Positions 11,975 through 25,962 of a stretch of 64,000 nt of DNA are shown here, one piece after another. Every line of letters begins with the position of its first letter. Within the stretch, counting starts at the first letter, position 1. Position numbers and translations under genes: made by a program. Below the pieces are notes generated by a model that was given only the letters and a program-made list of their open reading frames with translations, did not search any database and had not been told where the DNA came from. This stretch comes from Octopus vulgaris. Taxonomy: Eukaryota. The stretch spans positions 38,378,001-38,442,000 of the forward strand of contig OX597818.1 of the NCBI GenBank assembly GCA_951406725.2. The letters run 5' to 3'.

Positions 11975-12955
11975 TATAGTCCTCCAAGCCATAACAGAGG
12001 AATTCCAAACTGCTATATGCTGATGACCTTACTCTTATCGTAGAATCTTTAACAGAATTGGAGAAGAAATTCCAGGTATGGAAACAAAACCTGGAATCAA
12101 AGGGCCTTAAAGTTAACCTAGCATAGACCAAAATTGTTGTTAGTAAGAAAGAAGATAAAACTCTCTTTCTGTCAGGTAAATGGCCATGCTCAATACGAAG
12201 GAAAGGAGTTGGAAGAAATTCCATTCGCTATACCCAGTGTAAACTTATGGACACATAAAAGGTGCAGTAGAACCACAGGTAGATTAACAGATGATGATGT
12301 CTTTGTATGTGGCAGGTGTGCAAGAATAATAAGGACTATGAGCAAATGGAACTTCGATTCCCTCAAATGCCCAGGAGGCTCTCTTGAGGTTGTAGATAGT
12401 TTCTGTTACCTAGGTAACCAAATTAGCAATGGTGGAGGATGCTCTGAAAGTATTGTTTCTAGAATAAAAATAGAGTGGAGGAAGTTCAGAGAACTATTAG
12501 CTCTGTTGACAACAAAAGGACTCTGTTGCAAAGTGAAAGGTAGACTATATGATGCTTGTGTACGAATGGCTATACTCCATGGCAGGGAGACATGGGTTCT
12601 GAATGCAGAAGATATGCATAGACTGGAGAGAAATGAAGGCAGTATGCTCTGATGGATGTGCAACATCAGTGCACATGTACGGCAAACTGCAAATGTATTG
12701 AGAGAAAAGTTGGGCATAATAGGAATCAAATGTAGCTTGCAAGAGATGGACATGTGATGTGTATGAATGAGGACAGCTACATAAAGAAGTGCTGATCACT
12801 GAAAGTGGATGGTACTCGCAGAAGAGGGAGACCCAGAAAGACGTGGGATGAAGTGGTAAGGACCAATCTCAGGATGTTGGGCCTCACGGAAGAAATGACA
12901 ATGGACCAAGATGTCTGGTGATATGAGGTTCTTGAGAAGACCCACCTTACCGCAA
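11975..12955 (+). mobile_element. 5'-truncated RTE-clade LINE (RT YADD through C-terminus)
   Basis: LLYADDL motif at ~12010, C..C finger, VDSFCYLG, LY..CVR...L.G.ETW, RGRPRKTW; frameshifts and stops. Confidence 0.92.
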
Positions 12956-13739
12956 CAAACCAAACTACATCTCTACTCTTCCACACATTTCCACTTCATG
13001 CACTGTGCTTACCTCCCACTCCCCAATCCTTTTCTTTTGGGCCTGTTTAACTGTATCATTGCTATCTACTGGCCCCCGACCTATGTGTTCCACCCACACA
13101 TAACAAGAAAACCTCATGCACCCTACTCCAACAAGCCAATCTACATCTCTTCTCTTCCTCACATTTCCTCCTTCATGCACTATGCCTACCTCTCACTCCC
13201 CAATCCTGCCCCACAGCCCTGTTTTTCTGTATCATTGCTATCTGGTAACCCCCACCCCCACTTTATATACCCAGGTTTTCACCACTCACTTCTCCTCTCC
13301 ACTTTCTAATCACGCTTCTTTGGCAATATCCTGCCACTTATATTATGACCTTCAAACCTCAAGGGATTGCCTTGTCACTTGCCACCATCTATACCTCTCT
13401 CTGCCTTTTCTCAACCATCCCATTTATATTCTGATCCATCCCCTTGTGAGTAAGCCCAACACTTTGCTACCATCTCTATCCTGCTGTCTCCCACCCTTTC
13501 TCTCTTTGCCTGCACTTCCCTCAGATTGGGAAAGCATGTATCTCCTTTGCAGCAACACACCTGTTTCTGTCTTCATTCCTGATCTCTCTCAGGCCAGGTA
13601 ACCTTGTATCTCCTCTACAGCAAGACACCTGTTTCTGTCTCTCTGTTTCATTATAACTTTTCGTCATCTGACACAAGATCACCTTTTCCAATGCCCCCTC
13701 CCCACTTGAAAAATGTTTATCTTGCAAGTTACTCGGTGA

Positions 13740-14045
13740 CTCTGTCAGTGCAGGTGCCACTTAAGAAGCATTCACTCCACACTGTAAAGTGATTAGCATT
13801 TGGAAGGGCATTCAGCTATAAAAACCTTGCCAAAACTGACCTGGCCGGTGCTTGTGCTATGTATAAAGCACTAAGTCCACTCTGCTGGGTGGTTGGTATA
13901 GGAAGGGCATCCAGCTGTAAAAATCCTGCTAAAACAGTCATAAAAAGTCTGGTGCAGGCTTCTGCCTGGCCGGTTCCTGTCAAACCATCCCATCCATGCC
14001 AGCATGGAAGGCAGACGTTAAATGATGATGATGACAATGATGATA
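13740..14045 (+). mobile_element. Family E repeat (RTE 3' UTR/RTE-mobilised element) with (ATG)n tail
   Basis: ggaagggcatccagctgta...ccatgccagcatggaa...gacgttaaatgatgatg consensus. Confidence 0.8.
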
Positions 14046-15831
14046 CTACATATCATCAACATCATCATTTAACGTCCCAAGATCTCCGAGGTCTGCAGAC
14101 TGCATAATGCTTCAGTGTCTGCGTTAGTATGTTTTCTACAGCTTGATGCCCTTCCTAATGTCAACCACTTTACAATGTACATTAGATGCTTTTCTTCAAG
14201 GCACCAGCACTAGTGAAGCCGTCATGCAGCCAGCAAGACTAAGATCCTCTTCAGCCAAGTCTATTAAAACTAAGACAGATTTTGTATCAAAAGAGACAAC
14301 CAATACAACCAACCATTGTGGCATTGAGCTCAGAACTATGATGTACACTAAACAAGATTATGTAAAACTACCTTCCGTTAGTGCTAGCTCACCACTACAC
14401 TATATAATTCAGACTTGAGTTAGTGAGAGAGCTTTTATATACTCATTTGATCTTTTAAAACAAGCCAGCCAAATCTCCATGTTGAAGTAATTCGAACATG
14501 CCCTCAATAAAACAAGGAGTGTCAATAAAACGAAGTGCAACTCAAAAAAATATTCAAGACCACACATCTGCTCAGTCTTTATGCTCGCTCAAGCAGAACA
14601 TCGGTAACAGACATATCACCAGGTATAGCATGAATACACGAATGCTTTTTTAACTGACAATAAATGTGAAATATGTTTCATTTAATCCCATAAAGTCTGA
14701 AAATGTGTGAGAGAATAGCTAATGCAGCAAAACAAAATAAAAGTCTTTCTCACCAGTCTACAGTCTTTGAAGAGATTGAAATAACTTATTTTGAACTTCT
14801 AACTTGTTCTACCAATTAAGTAGTACATGAAAGACTAGTATCATAGCATAGAAGACCACAACACTTCACAATGAAAATTTATAGCCAGTCACTAAATGTC
14901 TGAAATCATTGAATCTGTGTTAATACTCATACAAACTGGTAACTTTTCAGACTACCTTATAAACTTAGCTTAAATACTATGCATGTATATTTATTGAGAA
15001 AGAGAAAGAAAATAGATAAAATGAAGGATAACAAGGTCTTTTGTTAAATCCAACAAATTACATATATCATGTGTCTAAACAAATTTTTATTACTCTACAA
15101 CATTATTTGAAAAGAAAAAAAAGTAGGGTGAGGAACCTAACATTCCAGCAGCTTACAGAAAACCTCTAAATAAAGCAGATAGTAACTAAAACTACTTATA
15201 GAATCACAAAGGCCAAAATCAATTGAAGAAATCTTTCTTTACTTTTTTTCCTTAACCCTTTCGTTACTGTATTTATTTTGAGATGCTTTGTGTTTCTTTC
15301 AATTACTTTAAATATAACAAAGAATTTAGTAAAATACCTTAGTTATCATTAAGTTTGTGTTAGGAACATAAATTGTATCTAAGGTTTGGTGGAAGATTTT
15401 AATTCAGAACTTTTGAAAACAAGACATTTGTACTACAGGGCCAGAGCCGGTTTCAGCTGGGTTGGCAACAAAAGGGTTAAACAAATCCAGTTTGTAATGA
15501 ATATGTGCTGAACAGTGAAAGCAAAATGACCATATTAAAAAAAAAGAAGTAAAAAAGAAAAATAATATTTTTAGATTTAAACGTTTCACCAAAACTTACA
15601 GAAATCTATAGTTGTGATCGTTAAGTAATTCAAATTAATCTACACACACAAATTCACTAAACACATTTACAAAATTGTAAATTATCCAGATAAAAAAAAA
15701 TTAGAATTAAGAATAAGGCAGCTTCCTGTACACCTCCTCCTCTGCCACCACCACCACCACCACCACCACCATCACTACCACCATCATCTAATCATCTAAC
15801 ATCTGCTTTCCATGTGGTCTGTAATGTAATT

Positions 15832-16137
15832 CAAGCCTGGCCAACTTGAATTACATTACAGACCACTTCAATCACAGAAAGTGTTTTGAGGGCCGCTTGC
15901 ATATTAACAGAATTAAAAGCATTTTGCTTTATTACAATAATGAATGAATGATTGTTGATTCAACATGAAATATGATCGTTGCAAAAACAGTGGTATTTTC
16001 ATTACAATCTTTAATTTTTGATAACATTTTTTAAATGTTTGTTTAAATAAACCCACTTCAAGAAAGTATCAAGCGGGCCACAAGATAAAAGTCTGCAGGC
16101 CACATGTGGCCAGCAGGCCTCAGATTGACCAGCCCTG
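15832..16137. mobile_element. hAT-like MITE inserted in a family E repeat
   Basis: Imperfect termini CAAGCCTGGCCAA / TTGACCAGCCCTG and subterminal gcggccc-type motifs; no clear TSD. Confidence 0.5.
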
Positions 16138-17173
16138 GGTTAGATGGTTTGACTGTAATTGGTAAGCTGCACCAGATTCTATTATGATTCAGCTTGTTTT
16201 CTACAGCTGGATGCCCTTCCTAATGCCATATTGTTGTATATAAGACACAACAGTTATTTATGTTCAGGTTGTTCCTAACTGTGCTTATGATCTAAGCATT
16301 CAAGCTGTGATCATCCCATCTATTTTCAAGGTATAGTGTATGTAAGACTATATTATTCAATGCATCAACCCTAATATAAAACAAAGGGATGTTATCTGAA
16401 GGAGACCTGGCTGATATTTCTACCTGGGTTACTGGCTGTATTGAGGTTCTATTGCCGTAGTAATTGTTGAATAACTTCAGTTAATTCTGCTCAAGCAAAT
16501 CTATGAAATACTGTTAGGCAATCACTTTTTTAATATACAGTGCCATGCAAAGGCTGGCTGTATGAGTCATAGAGTAGTCAAGCATGTCATGTCATACTTG
16601 TTTTATATCCTGTGCTTTATTTAACATGCTTAATGTAGTGGCCAAATCCTACTTTCTCTGAATATCTCCTAAACATCTCACAAAATATTCACAATAATAA
16701 TAGAAAGGCTATGGCTAAGATGTCAACTGAATAAAAAATTTATTAATATTATCAGAGACAATAGTACACCAGTGATCATATATTCCAGTATATAATACAA
16801 TTAAGGTTTTAGAACATTCACAAAAAACTTGAGGGCAAAGAATATTATTATACATTGAATATAATCTGGTTAACTGTAGTGTCTTATATACAACAATATG
16901 GCATTAGGAAGGGCATCCAGCTGTAGAAAACAAGATGAATTATACTGGAACCTGGTGCAGCTCTCCAGCTTACCAGTTCCATTCAAACCATCAGATTAGA
17001 GACTGATACTTTATATTTGGCATATATTTGTACATTTTAGGTAAATTTTAAAACAAAAATCAAGGGTTGCTTTAGAATATATAGTGTTTAGAGCATATAG
17101 TATTTGAGACCAATACTAGCACAAAGAATATTTTCTTTTAGATGTATTTGTCTGCACAAAAATTCGCACTCAC

Positions 17174-17315
17174 CTTGATTTCAGAATGTCAGAAAGATAA
17201 ATGGCTTGCTGCCTTCTGTCTTCATTGTCTCGGTGATTACCCATGTGAGTGACAACAAAGTCAACCAGGGTGCCACTAATGTTCACTGTGGCACTAATAG
17301 CAGGTGCCAGTTCAC
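17174..17315 (-). CDS. CWH43: CWH43 exon 12 ([47 protein letters not shown])
   Basis: TATAG acceptor, GTGAGT donor; GELAPAI, VTH.GN and DR..QA motifs. Confidence 0.96.
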
Positions 17316-17548
17316 CTATAATATAACATCAGGTATCATTTGAAATGTTTAAATTAATCGGCAGGCAATATGTGAAACCATTTTCATCGTATTGTTTCGT
17401 TTGTTAACTCAAGAGAGGAAGAGAAGAGAAAATAAGCCCTTCATATTCCATTAAAAAACAACAACAAAACAAAAGAAACAGGACACAAGACTGTTTGAAA
17501 ACTCAAATACAGACTTTAAAAACAAATGAATAAACTTTGTAAGCTTAT

Positions 17549-17882
17549 ATCATCATCATCATCATCGTTTAACGTCCATTCTCTATGCTAGCATGGGTTG
17601 GACGGTTCGACCGGGGATCTGGGAAGCCAGAAGGCTGCCCCAGGCTCCAGTCTTATCTGGCAATGTTTCTACAGCTGGATGCCCTTCCTAACGCCAACCA
17701 CTCCATGAGTGTAGTGGGTGCTTTTTACGTGCCACCTGCACAAGTGCCAGGCAAGGCTGGCAACGGCCACAATCAGATTGGTGCATTTTACGTGCCACCA
17801 GCACAGAAGCCAGTCAAGGCGGCGCTGGCATCGGCCACAATTCAGATGGTGCTTTTTACGTGCCACGATTCGGATGGTGCTG
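17549..17882 (-). mobile_element. Family E repeat with internal tandem subunits
   Basis: (CAT)n tail, three ggtgc.ttttacgtgccac subunits. Confidence 0.85.
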
Positions 17883-18959
17883 ACTGAGAAGAAAGCAGCC
17901 TAAGAAAGTATTCATATATTTGACCCTTTAGCAGTTAAACCGGCCATATCTAGCATAAACATTCTACCTGTTTTATGTTCAAGCCAGTCAGGTCCAGCTT
18001 CTCACACCTACCATACGATATCACTCTAAAAATAAAAACCTGCATCATCGAAATCTCAAAGCTATGAGATAATGCATGATTAATTCAAAAGAATGTGAAT
18101 AAATAAGCACTACACTTGCGAGAGTAATCTGAACGCTAAAGGGTTAAATGCCTACTGTCTCATACTTGCATGGGTCACAGGAAAATTTTTGAAGCAAAAT
18201 TTCTATGGCTGGATGTTCTTCCTGTTGCCAATGCTCACCTGTTTCCAAGCAAGGTAACATTTTCCCCATAAATTGATATGGTTTTTACACTATTGTCTTT
18301 GCTGTATGCTGATGATGCTCATTTGCAACAATCACATGATATCTAGACACACATATATATATACAATGAACTTCTTTTGGCTTCCATCTGCTAAATCTAC
18401 TCGCAAGGCTTTGGTTGAGTGAGGCTGTAGTAAAAGACGTTTACCCAAAGTGCCAAACACTGAAACTGAACCCAAGATCACACGGTTAGAAAGCAAGATT
18501 TAAAACCACACAGCAACATCTACATAGGAAATATACATACAATAGGATCTTATATCTCATATACACAATGTCATATGTTCGAAACCTTTGATCAATTGAC
18601 ATTGTCTAAAAAATTAGGGATGCTTAAAACTCTGAAAATCATAAGCAAAGGAACAAAAATTTCAACTGATTGATTTTTTTTTAGCTACCTCTCTTGTTTG
18701 TAGTTCTTTAGATAAAAAGTACTCCTAGAGGGAGTTTTTGACCACCAAATGCGTGGATAGTCCCAGTTAATCAAAGTTTTTCCTTTACTATATTACCTAT
18801 AAGGTACTTATTTTATTGATCGCAGAAGATGAAAGGCAAAGTCGACCTTGACAGAATTTGAACTCAGAATGCAAACCCAGAAGAAATGCCACTAAGCATT
18901 TTGTCTGGCATGCTAATGATTCTGTCAGCTGGCTGCAGCATCAGCAGCAGCAACAACAG

Positions 18960-19340
18960 TGGAGGTGCAATGGCCCAATGGTTAGGGCAGTGGACTCGTG
19001 GTCGGAGGATCGCAGTTTCGATTCCCAGACTGGGCCTTGTGTGTGTTTATTGAGCGAAAACACCTAAAGCTCCACGAGGCTCCGGCAGGTGGCGACCCCT
19101 GTTGTACTCTTTTGCTCCAACTTTCTCTCACTCTTTCTTCCTGTTTCTCGTCCCCGACTTCCTACGCAACCGCTGAGCCTGGATGTGCATTCATCCATCC
19201 GTCGATGCTCTCGGTGTCGGGGGTTGACCTGCTTTCTCTTCTGCGGGTTTTACGAATAGCAAAGGACCATGTTTCGGACTTCTCCCACTACAGGGAAGAA
19301 GACCGCTTTGCTCAACAAACAAACAAACAAACAAACAAAG
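18960..19340 (+). mobile_element. tRNA-derived SINE family C (another copy 60520-60740)
   Basis: tRNA-like head tggcccaatggttagggcagtggactc...tttcgattcccag; (CAAA)n tail. Confidence 0.85.
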
Positions 19341-19990
19341 CAGCAGCAACAACAAGAGTGACAAAAACAAACAACAACAATAGAATTAGCAAAATAGCTA
19401 GTGATTCTCATTCGCTTTGATTGGTGTCAGAAAGAACATTTTTTCTATTCCAGCAAAGATCTACATATTCATGACACTTCTGGTGAGCCAGTTACTCTTT
19501 CAAGGGCTAACTTTTCGTGAATTAACCCTTTAGTGCTTAAACTGGCCAAATCCGGCCCAATATATTCTACATATTTTATATTCAAACTGGCCATATCTAG
19601 CCTCTCACACCTAACCTACATTGACAGTCTAAAAATAAACAATCACATCATTGAAACCTCAAAGCTATAAGGTAATGCGTGATTAATTCAAAACAATTTA
19701 AATAAAAAAGCATTACATTTAACAGAGTAATCTGAACACTAAAGGGTTAAAGCAATTTACCACCAAATTAGCTCTAAACAGGTAGACCTTTGCTTAAAGG
19801 CATTCTATCAATGATCAACACCTCTTAATTCCAGGTATGGTGCACTTAGGACAACATTATCCAACATGTTCTTCCTTTTTTTACAGATGATAGTATATAA
19901 TCTCTTGCTGGCATGATGTTTTATAGAGTTTCATATTGCAAACTCAAAGAAGTTTTGCACTCAGTTAACATTGATTAGGTAGACAACTAA

Positions 19991-20247
19991 GGCGGCGAGC
20001 TGCCAGAAACATTCCTTTTCTTACTGGCAGAAACGTTAGCACGCCAGGCGAAATGCTCAGCGGTATTTCGTCTGCCGTTACGTTCTGAGTTCAAATTCCA
20101 CTGAGGTCGACTTTGCCTTTCATCCTTTCGGGGTTGATTAAATAAGTACCGGTTACACACTGGGGTCGATATAATCGACTTAATCCGTTTGTCTGTCCTT
20201 GTTTGTCCCCTCTGTGTTTAGCCCCTTGTGGGTAGTAAAGGAATAGA
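19991..20247 (+). mobile_element. Family A SINE with duplicated 5' head
   Basis: ggcggcgagctg.cagaaac repeated, B box GTTCAAATTC, Nin-like core, tail gtagtaaag.aata. Confidence 0.88.
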
Positions 20248-20420
20248 TTAGGTGGACAAGAAATAAAAAGTTTAGATGAAAATAAGCAAAGATGTGCTAA
20301 ATACAAGTTTATGCAATATAAAAGAAAAACACAAATATTTTTATGAGTAGTTGACAGAAATTAACATTAAGCTATAATCAAGTTCTAAGAACAAAATGAG
20401 TAAGTTTTAGGAGGACTTAC

Positions 20421-20485
20421 CTTCAGGAGAGGGAAGGAGATGATGAACAGATTTTACAATAGGGTACTTGGAAAGAATTAAATTT
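20421..20485 (-). CDS. CWH43: CWH43 exon 11 (NLILSKYPIVKSVHHLLPSPE)
   Basis: AACAG acceptor, GTAAGT donor; LSKYPI..S.HHLLPSP.G motif. Confidence 0.96.
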
Positions 20486-20767
20486 CTGTTTAAAAGAAAA
20501 GAAGATGAAGGGAAAATTATTCTCACACATGATCTAAATATTTTTTTTGTAAGTTGTGATATAACTATTCTCAGTTGGATAAAACCTGAACCACATGATT
20601 ACAGAGTGAGCTCTATATATCTGCAGAATTATTTTTCAAAAATACATTGAGTAAAAAAAATATGAGAGAGAGAGAGAGAGAGGTGAGGAGGGATAGATGT
20701 GCATAAGAAGTGGGGTGTTTATATCAGAGAAGTTTACATCAAAATACAGTTCTAATTGTACACCTAC

Positions 20768-20903
20768 CCCCAAGTGTGCTTCTTGGTAGCTGGGCCAAAA
20801 TCAACATACATTCCAAGTTTCTGGCCAAACCACATGCCTAAATCATTATTTCCCAGAAATGGTTTTGAGGCATCACTTTCTAATAAGGTAATAAAATCAG
20901 CAT
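20768..20903 (-). CDS. CWH43: CWH43 exon 10 ([45 protein letters not shown])
   Basis: TTGTAG acceptor, GTAGGT donor; LESD...GN.DL and DFGP....HTWG motifs. Confidence 0.97.
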
Positions 20904-22192
20904 CTACAAAAGAAGAGAGAAAAAGTAAATTAGAAGAAAAATTTATAGCATAATCATAAAAATCAGACAATCTAAGCAGATAATATTAAATGTCTTATTT
21001 GTATTGAAATCTTGAGAATATCATTATTATTTATTGAGGCTGACAGAGTATAGAGGTTAATATGTATTGACCAAGCTGAGTATTCAGATGTTGTTTGTTT
21101 AACTCCTAAGTTGGCTCTGATTGCACTGAATTATGACCAAGAGCATTCCAGCAAAGACTATCTCAACACATTTTCAGTTTACAAGATCATCATTGATGCT
21201 GTTAAAAAATGAGCAGGAATTTCTTACAGAAGCTCTTCCTTGTAATTCAATTGGAATAAACTGTGAGCAAGTGAAACATTACTTTGAATTTGTTGCTGGC
21301 AAGATTTCTAGTTGAACTTAATTGTAAAAAGATTTACAATGCTGTGAATCCATTTGATTGTATGGAAAAGTGTCCAAGGTACACTTTCCAGGCAGAGCGT
21401 ACCTTGGGCAAGAATATACAAATTTCCAGCATATAAAATAGTAGAATGAATTTGAAGGAGATTTGGCTGCCATGTCTTGTAGGTTGAGTGACCATGCAGA
21501 GGCTTTCTATATGGCTTGTAAATGTTGGGTTAGTTCGATTGTCATGGAACAAAAAATGTTCTCTCAGAAATAACATTGATGAGTGTTTAGATGAGAAAGT
21601 GGTCAGAAGGTAAACTGAAATCATCAATACTACACTGTATCTCAGAGAGGAGTACAGTCAAAGGTCTTGATCCAAAATATTACAGGTACATATTTTATCA
21701 ATCCAAGGGCACAAAAATACATTTAATCCCAAATTACTAGAGGAATAAAGCTAACTAATGTAAAATATTTAGCTTGTTAGCCTACTGGTTCAGCCACCCA
21801 CTGCCACTCTCTGATATATACAGTGTTTGAGAGAGGGCAATTAGGGATCTTTTACGTGGGGATTTGACCTGTGAAACAGCAGCCAATCAGACTCTTGTTT
21901 TAATAAAGGATATGTTTCATTGGATATGCTGTCTGGAAAAAAACAAAAGGGAAACAGGATAATCATTGCAAGAATGCTTTGATCATTGATGTTGCTTGGT
22001 CAACGGCATTTATGGAAACTAAAATTCATGCTGCCATAGTTTACATAACAGCTTGTCTCAATACGAAACAAAAAAGCTGACATAAGATTGTTAGAATTTA
22101 ATCCAAATTCTGAGAAGTTAATTAAAAAGTCTGAAGGAATAAAAATTTGGAAGTAAAAAAATACATGCAAATTTTCTCATACTGTTACTTAC

Positions 22193-22295
22193 GAGTTTCT
22201 CTAAGAACTTTTTCTGCACGTTCCATACTTGGCCAACCATAATTGTCATAGCCAAAATGGAATGTCCATATAGCAGCCGTGAATATTTTTGATGA
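22193..22295 (-). CDS. CWH43: CWH43 exon 9 (SSKIFTAAIWTFHFGYDNYGWPSMERAEKVLRET), start of EEP-like domain
   Basis: AATAG acceptor, GTAAGT donor; AAIW.F.FGYDN.GW.S.ER motif. Confidence 0.95.
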
Positions 22296-23563
22296 CTATT
22301 AAAATATATAGAGAAGCAAATTTAGTGTAAAGCAATTATACTGAGAGATCAACTCACAAAATGATGTTCTGTTAGTATAATATTCAATCTAAGCACTAGG
22401 GATTCCTTGTACTTAGGCATAAACCAAATACACACACGCATGCACAATCACCATCTTTTAATGACCTTTTTTCTGTGCTTGAATAGGTCAGATAGAATTT
22501 GTTAAAGCAGATTTTCAATGACTGGATGGCCTTACTGTTGCCAATCCTCGCCTATTTCCATGCAAGGTAATATTTACCCCTAGTCAGACACGTTTTCCAT
22601 GCAGTAATTTTTAAAAAGTTTATTATTAACAACATTACATGCACACTTTCCATGCAGGCAAGGGTTGAATGGTTTAACAGATTGCAATGAATTGGATGAC
22701 CACATCTTATTAAAATGTATTTATGTAAAGGAGTCAGAAACTTTTACAACTCATGACAAATGACCTGAAATAAACACACACTATTTCTCTCTCTTGTGTC
22801 ATGGCATATTCATGCTGTTGATGAATCATGGCTTGTTCCTCCTCCATTTACTTCTGTCTCTCGCAACATCACCCAGGTCTTTCTCGCTCTGCACGCTCAT
22901 TCTCTTCTTCATTCTCTGCCTTCCTCTTGCTCTCCTTCCCACCAGCTCAGTCTCCACCATGCAGTGCTCCATTCAACCATCTTCTCTGAGAAAATGACCA
23001 ACAAATCTCCACTGTTTCTCTCTGATAGTATCCATCAACTGTCTCTTCACTTTCATCTTCTTTAACACTTCCACATTTGTCACTCGATTGTTCCAGATTT
23101 TTAAGGCAAGGCAATGAAGAATGATTCCAGCACACACTAGTAGTACCAGGTTTCAAACCTACCTAAAGAATCAATAAATTTAAGAGAAGCCTTACTATTT
23201 CTGCTACTAGTATTTTTCAGTATGAACATTGCATGTATAATATGATATATTCTTAATATCCTCACCATCATCATTTAGCATCTGTTTTCCATCCTGGCAT
23301 GGGTTAGTTTGACTAGAGAGCTGCACTAGGCTCTAGTCTAATTTTGGCCTGGTTTCTACAGTTGGATACCCTTCCTAACACCAAGAGTGTAATGAGTGCC
23401 TCTTATGTGCCACCAGTACAGGTGCCTTTTATGTGCCACTGGTACTGTCCACGACTATAATTTCACTTGGTTTGACAAGTCTTCTCAAGCACAGCAAACT
23501 GCCAAAGTTTTTAATAAATGAAAAGCAAAAAAAAACCCACAAAAAAAAACAGTGACTACTTAC

Positions 23564-23634
23564 TTTAGGTTGCTCGAAGTGACTGGACCTGGTGCCAAAT
23601 CCAAGCAAACCGATACAAAGAAGAAGCAGTATTG
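23564..23634 (-). CDS. CWH43: CWH43 exon 8 (AILLLLCIGLLGFGTRSSHFEQPK)
   Basis: TTTTAG acceptor, GTAAGT donor, phase 1 to 0; GLLG.G.R last transmembrane helix. Confidence 0.9.
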
Positions 23635-24325
23635 CTAAAAAAAGAGGATGAAATAAGTCAGAAAATACAGAGGAAAGTATTATGCTATAGTTTTGTTCAT
23701 AACAATGTGCAAATAAATTATGGATGAAGGACAAGTGGAATTTTTAAGTAAGTTAATGAATATATGCTAATTCAAAGAGAAAGGTCCCAGGTACATGCAG
23801 TGCATAGCTTTGGTGGGTAAGTTTGAAACTAATTCAAATTCAAAATTGTGTACTAGTAATACAATATTTAATGAGCTGACTAAAGGACTAAACAGGCAGT
23901 GAAGAGCAGAAAGTTGTACAGTTGTGTAACCAAGTGAAGGATATTGTAAATGAAAGATAGAATTTCGTTAATGAATAGGAAAGAGAGATATAAGAAATTT
24001 ACTGAATCATAAGAAACAGGTTCTGAAAAAGACACTGTTAATTAAGGTGGTTAACCAGGTCAATAAAAAGTTTGACCACATGGCTGTTGTTCTAAAACCC
24101 TCGGCTTTATAGGTTCTTGTGCCCACAAACATTATCAATCCTGATCATATTAAAAAAGAATGTAAAGCATTGTAAAAAGATATAAACAAAGAAAATGTAA
24201 ATATATATGAAGGCCTATTACACTAATTATTGTATTAATGTCTCTGAAAATGGTGTGTTAACTATAAAAAAAATAAACGTAAACCTTTACTTGTTTGGAA
24301 TAGTAGAACCAGGTTTCAGGCCTAC

Positions 24326-24397
24326 CTTTTTTAATTTCATTCCACATTTTTGAATCCATGTGAATAAAGGCATCAGAAGGGTATTTAGCACCAGCAC
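24326..24397 (-). CDS. CWH43: CWH43 exon 7 (GAGAKYPSDAFIHMDSKMWNEIKK)
   Basis: CTCTTCAG acceptor, GTAGGC donor, phase 1 to 1; fills the expected gap but is poorly conserved, and as a symmetric exon is not required by phase. Confidence 0.7.
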
Positions 24398-25962
24398 CTG
24401 AAGAGATAGATTAAAATATGTTCTAAGATTTTCTTTTGGAGATTATTTTACAATCATTGTTTTTTTTTTCTCTCTTTTAATCAAAGTTTTTACAAATTTA
24501 ATCTTTCACAAAATGTTTCTAATGAGTTTACTGTTGAATTCCTTTCTTACAACTAACTACCAGTCAATGAAAGACAAAGCAAACAGAGCTAACTAAATAC
24601 AATATAATGGCTGTTGTCCTAAGATTTGAACTCATGCATGTGTGATCTGAACCTTCATAACACAGTTATAGTACATATAAATTTAATAGGATAACAAAAA
24701 ACATTTTTTGTCTATTTTAATTTGAAATGTTTTGTAAATTTAGAATTAAAATTCAAAAATAAAAAGAAACACCAATCGAACCAAAAAGAAATAACAACAA
24801 CTTTCTTTGAAAACAATTTTAGAGAAAGCAACACTGCAATACATCTTTATACAATTTAGTGGAGAAAACTTTTTCCTTTATATGAAGGTTTTAAACTTAT
24901 TTATCACAATTTCTTCAGCATACTTTATCCTGTACCAGCTGAAATAATTTCAGTTGGTATTGCCACTATATTTACCAAATTCAAAAGACTGTATTATAAA
25001 CAACAAAAAAACATTACAATACTAATTGCAAACTTTTATTTGATGATAACTACAAGAAAAATATTTTCTTTTAAATTGAAAAACAAAAATAATCATTAAA
25101 AGTTTTAAAATGTTAGACACTGAAATTAAGTAATAAAATCATAAAAATTGGAAGTAAACTCCTCCAACTCCTCCTCCACCTCTTCATCATCATCATGATT
25201 ATTATATGTCCGTCTTCCATGCTGGGAATGTTTGGGTACTGGGTATTTTTCTTCTTTTTTCCCTCTGCCACCAACACTTGTAAGGTTCATGCAGCTTGCA
25301 AGATTATGACCCCTGAATGGGAATCGTGTAGGGGCTTTATGCTAGGAGACTAAGGAATAGGGAGGGGTAAAGTATGAGCGGAAAAGGCTGGAGCAGAACA
25401 GGTTTCTTGCTGTAGAGGAGCTACATGACCAGTGACATCCCAGAAGAGATGTAGGGAGAGAGCACGGAAGTGATACAAAGGGTGGTGAGGTATCAGAGTG
25501 GACCTTCAAGGTACAAGGTGGAAAGGAACAAGTGGGGGAGGGGTGCAGAGAGTGACTGAGGGGAGTAGGGGAGGTCTAATAGTGCAGAGCAATAGAACAG
25601 AAAGACTGATGGTGTAAACAGGACAAAAGAAAGATGATATGCTGTTGGGTAGGACACAGGGGTAGATGGAGACAAGAGAGAGGCAGGGACAGTGTATGAA
25701 GAGGATGAAGGCCATCATCATCATCGTTTAACATCCGCTTTCCATGCTGGCATGGGTTGGACAGTTTGACATGGAGGTGGCTAGCAAAAAGCTGTCCAGG
25801 TTCCAATTGTCTGTTGTGGCATGGTTTCTACAGCCAGGTGCTCTTTCTAATGCCAACCACTTAACAGAATGTGCTGGATGCTTTGCATGTGCCACCGGTA
25901 CAGGTGCGTTTACACAGCACCAGCATGGGTGCACTTTCAAATTCTCAGCTTATATAGTAATA

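Noticed and set aside
12134-12652. 172-aa ORF as a host gene
   Set aside because: Frameshifted RTE retrotransposon fragment
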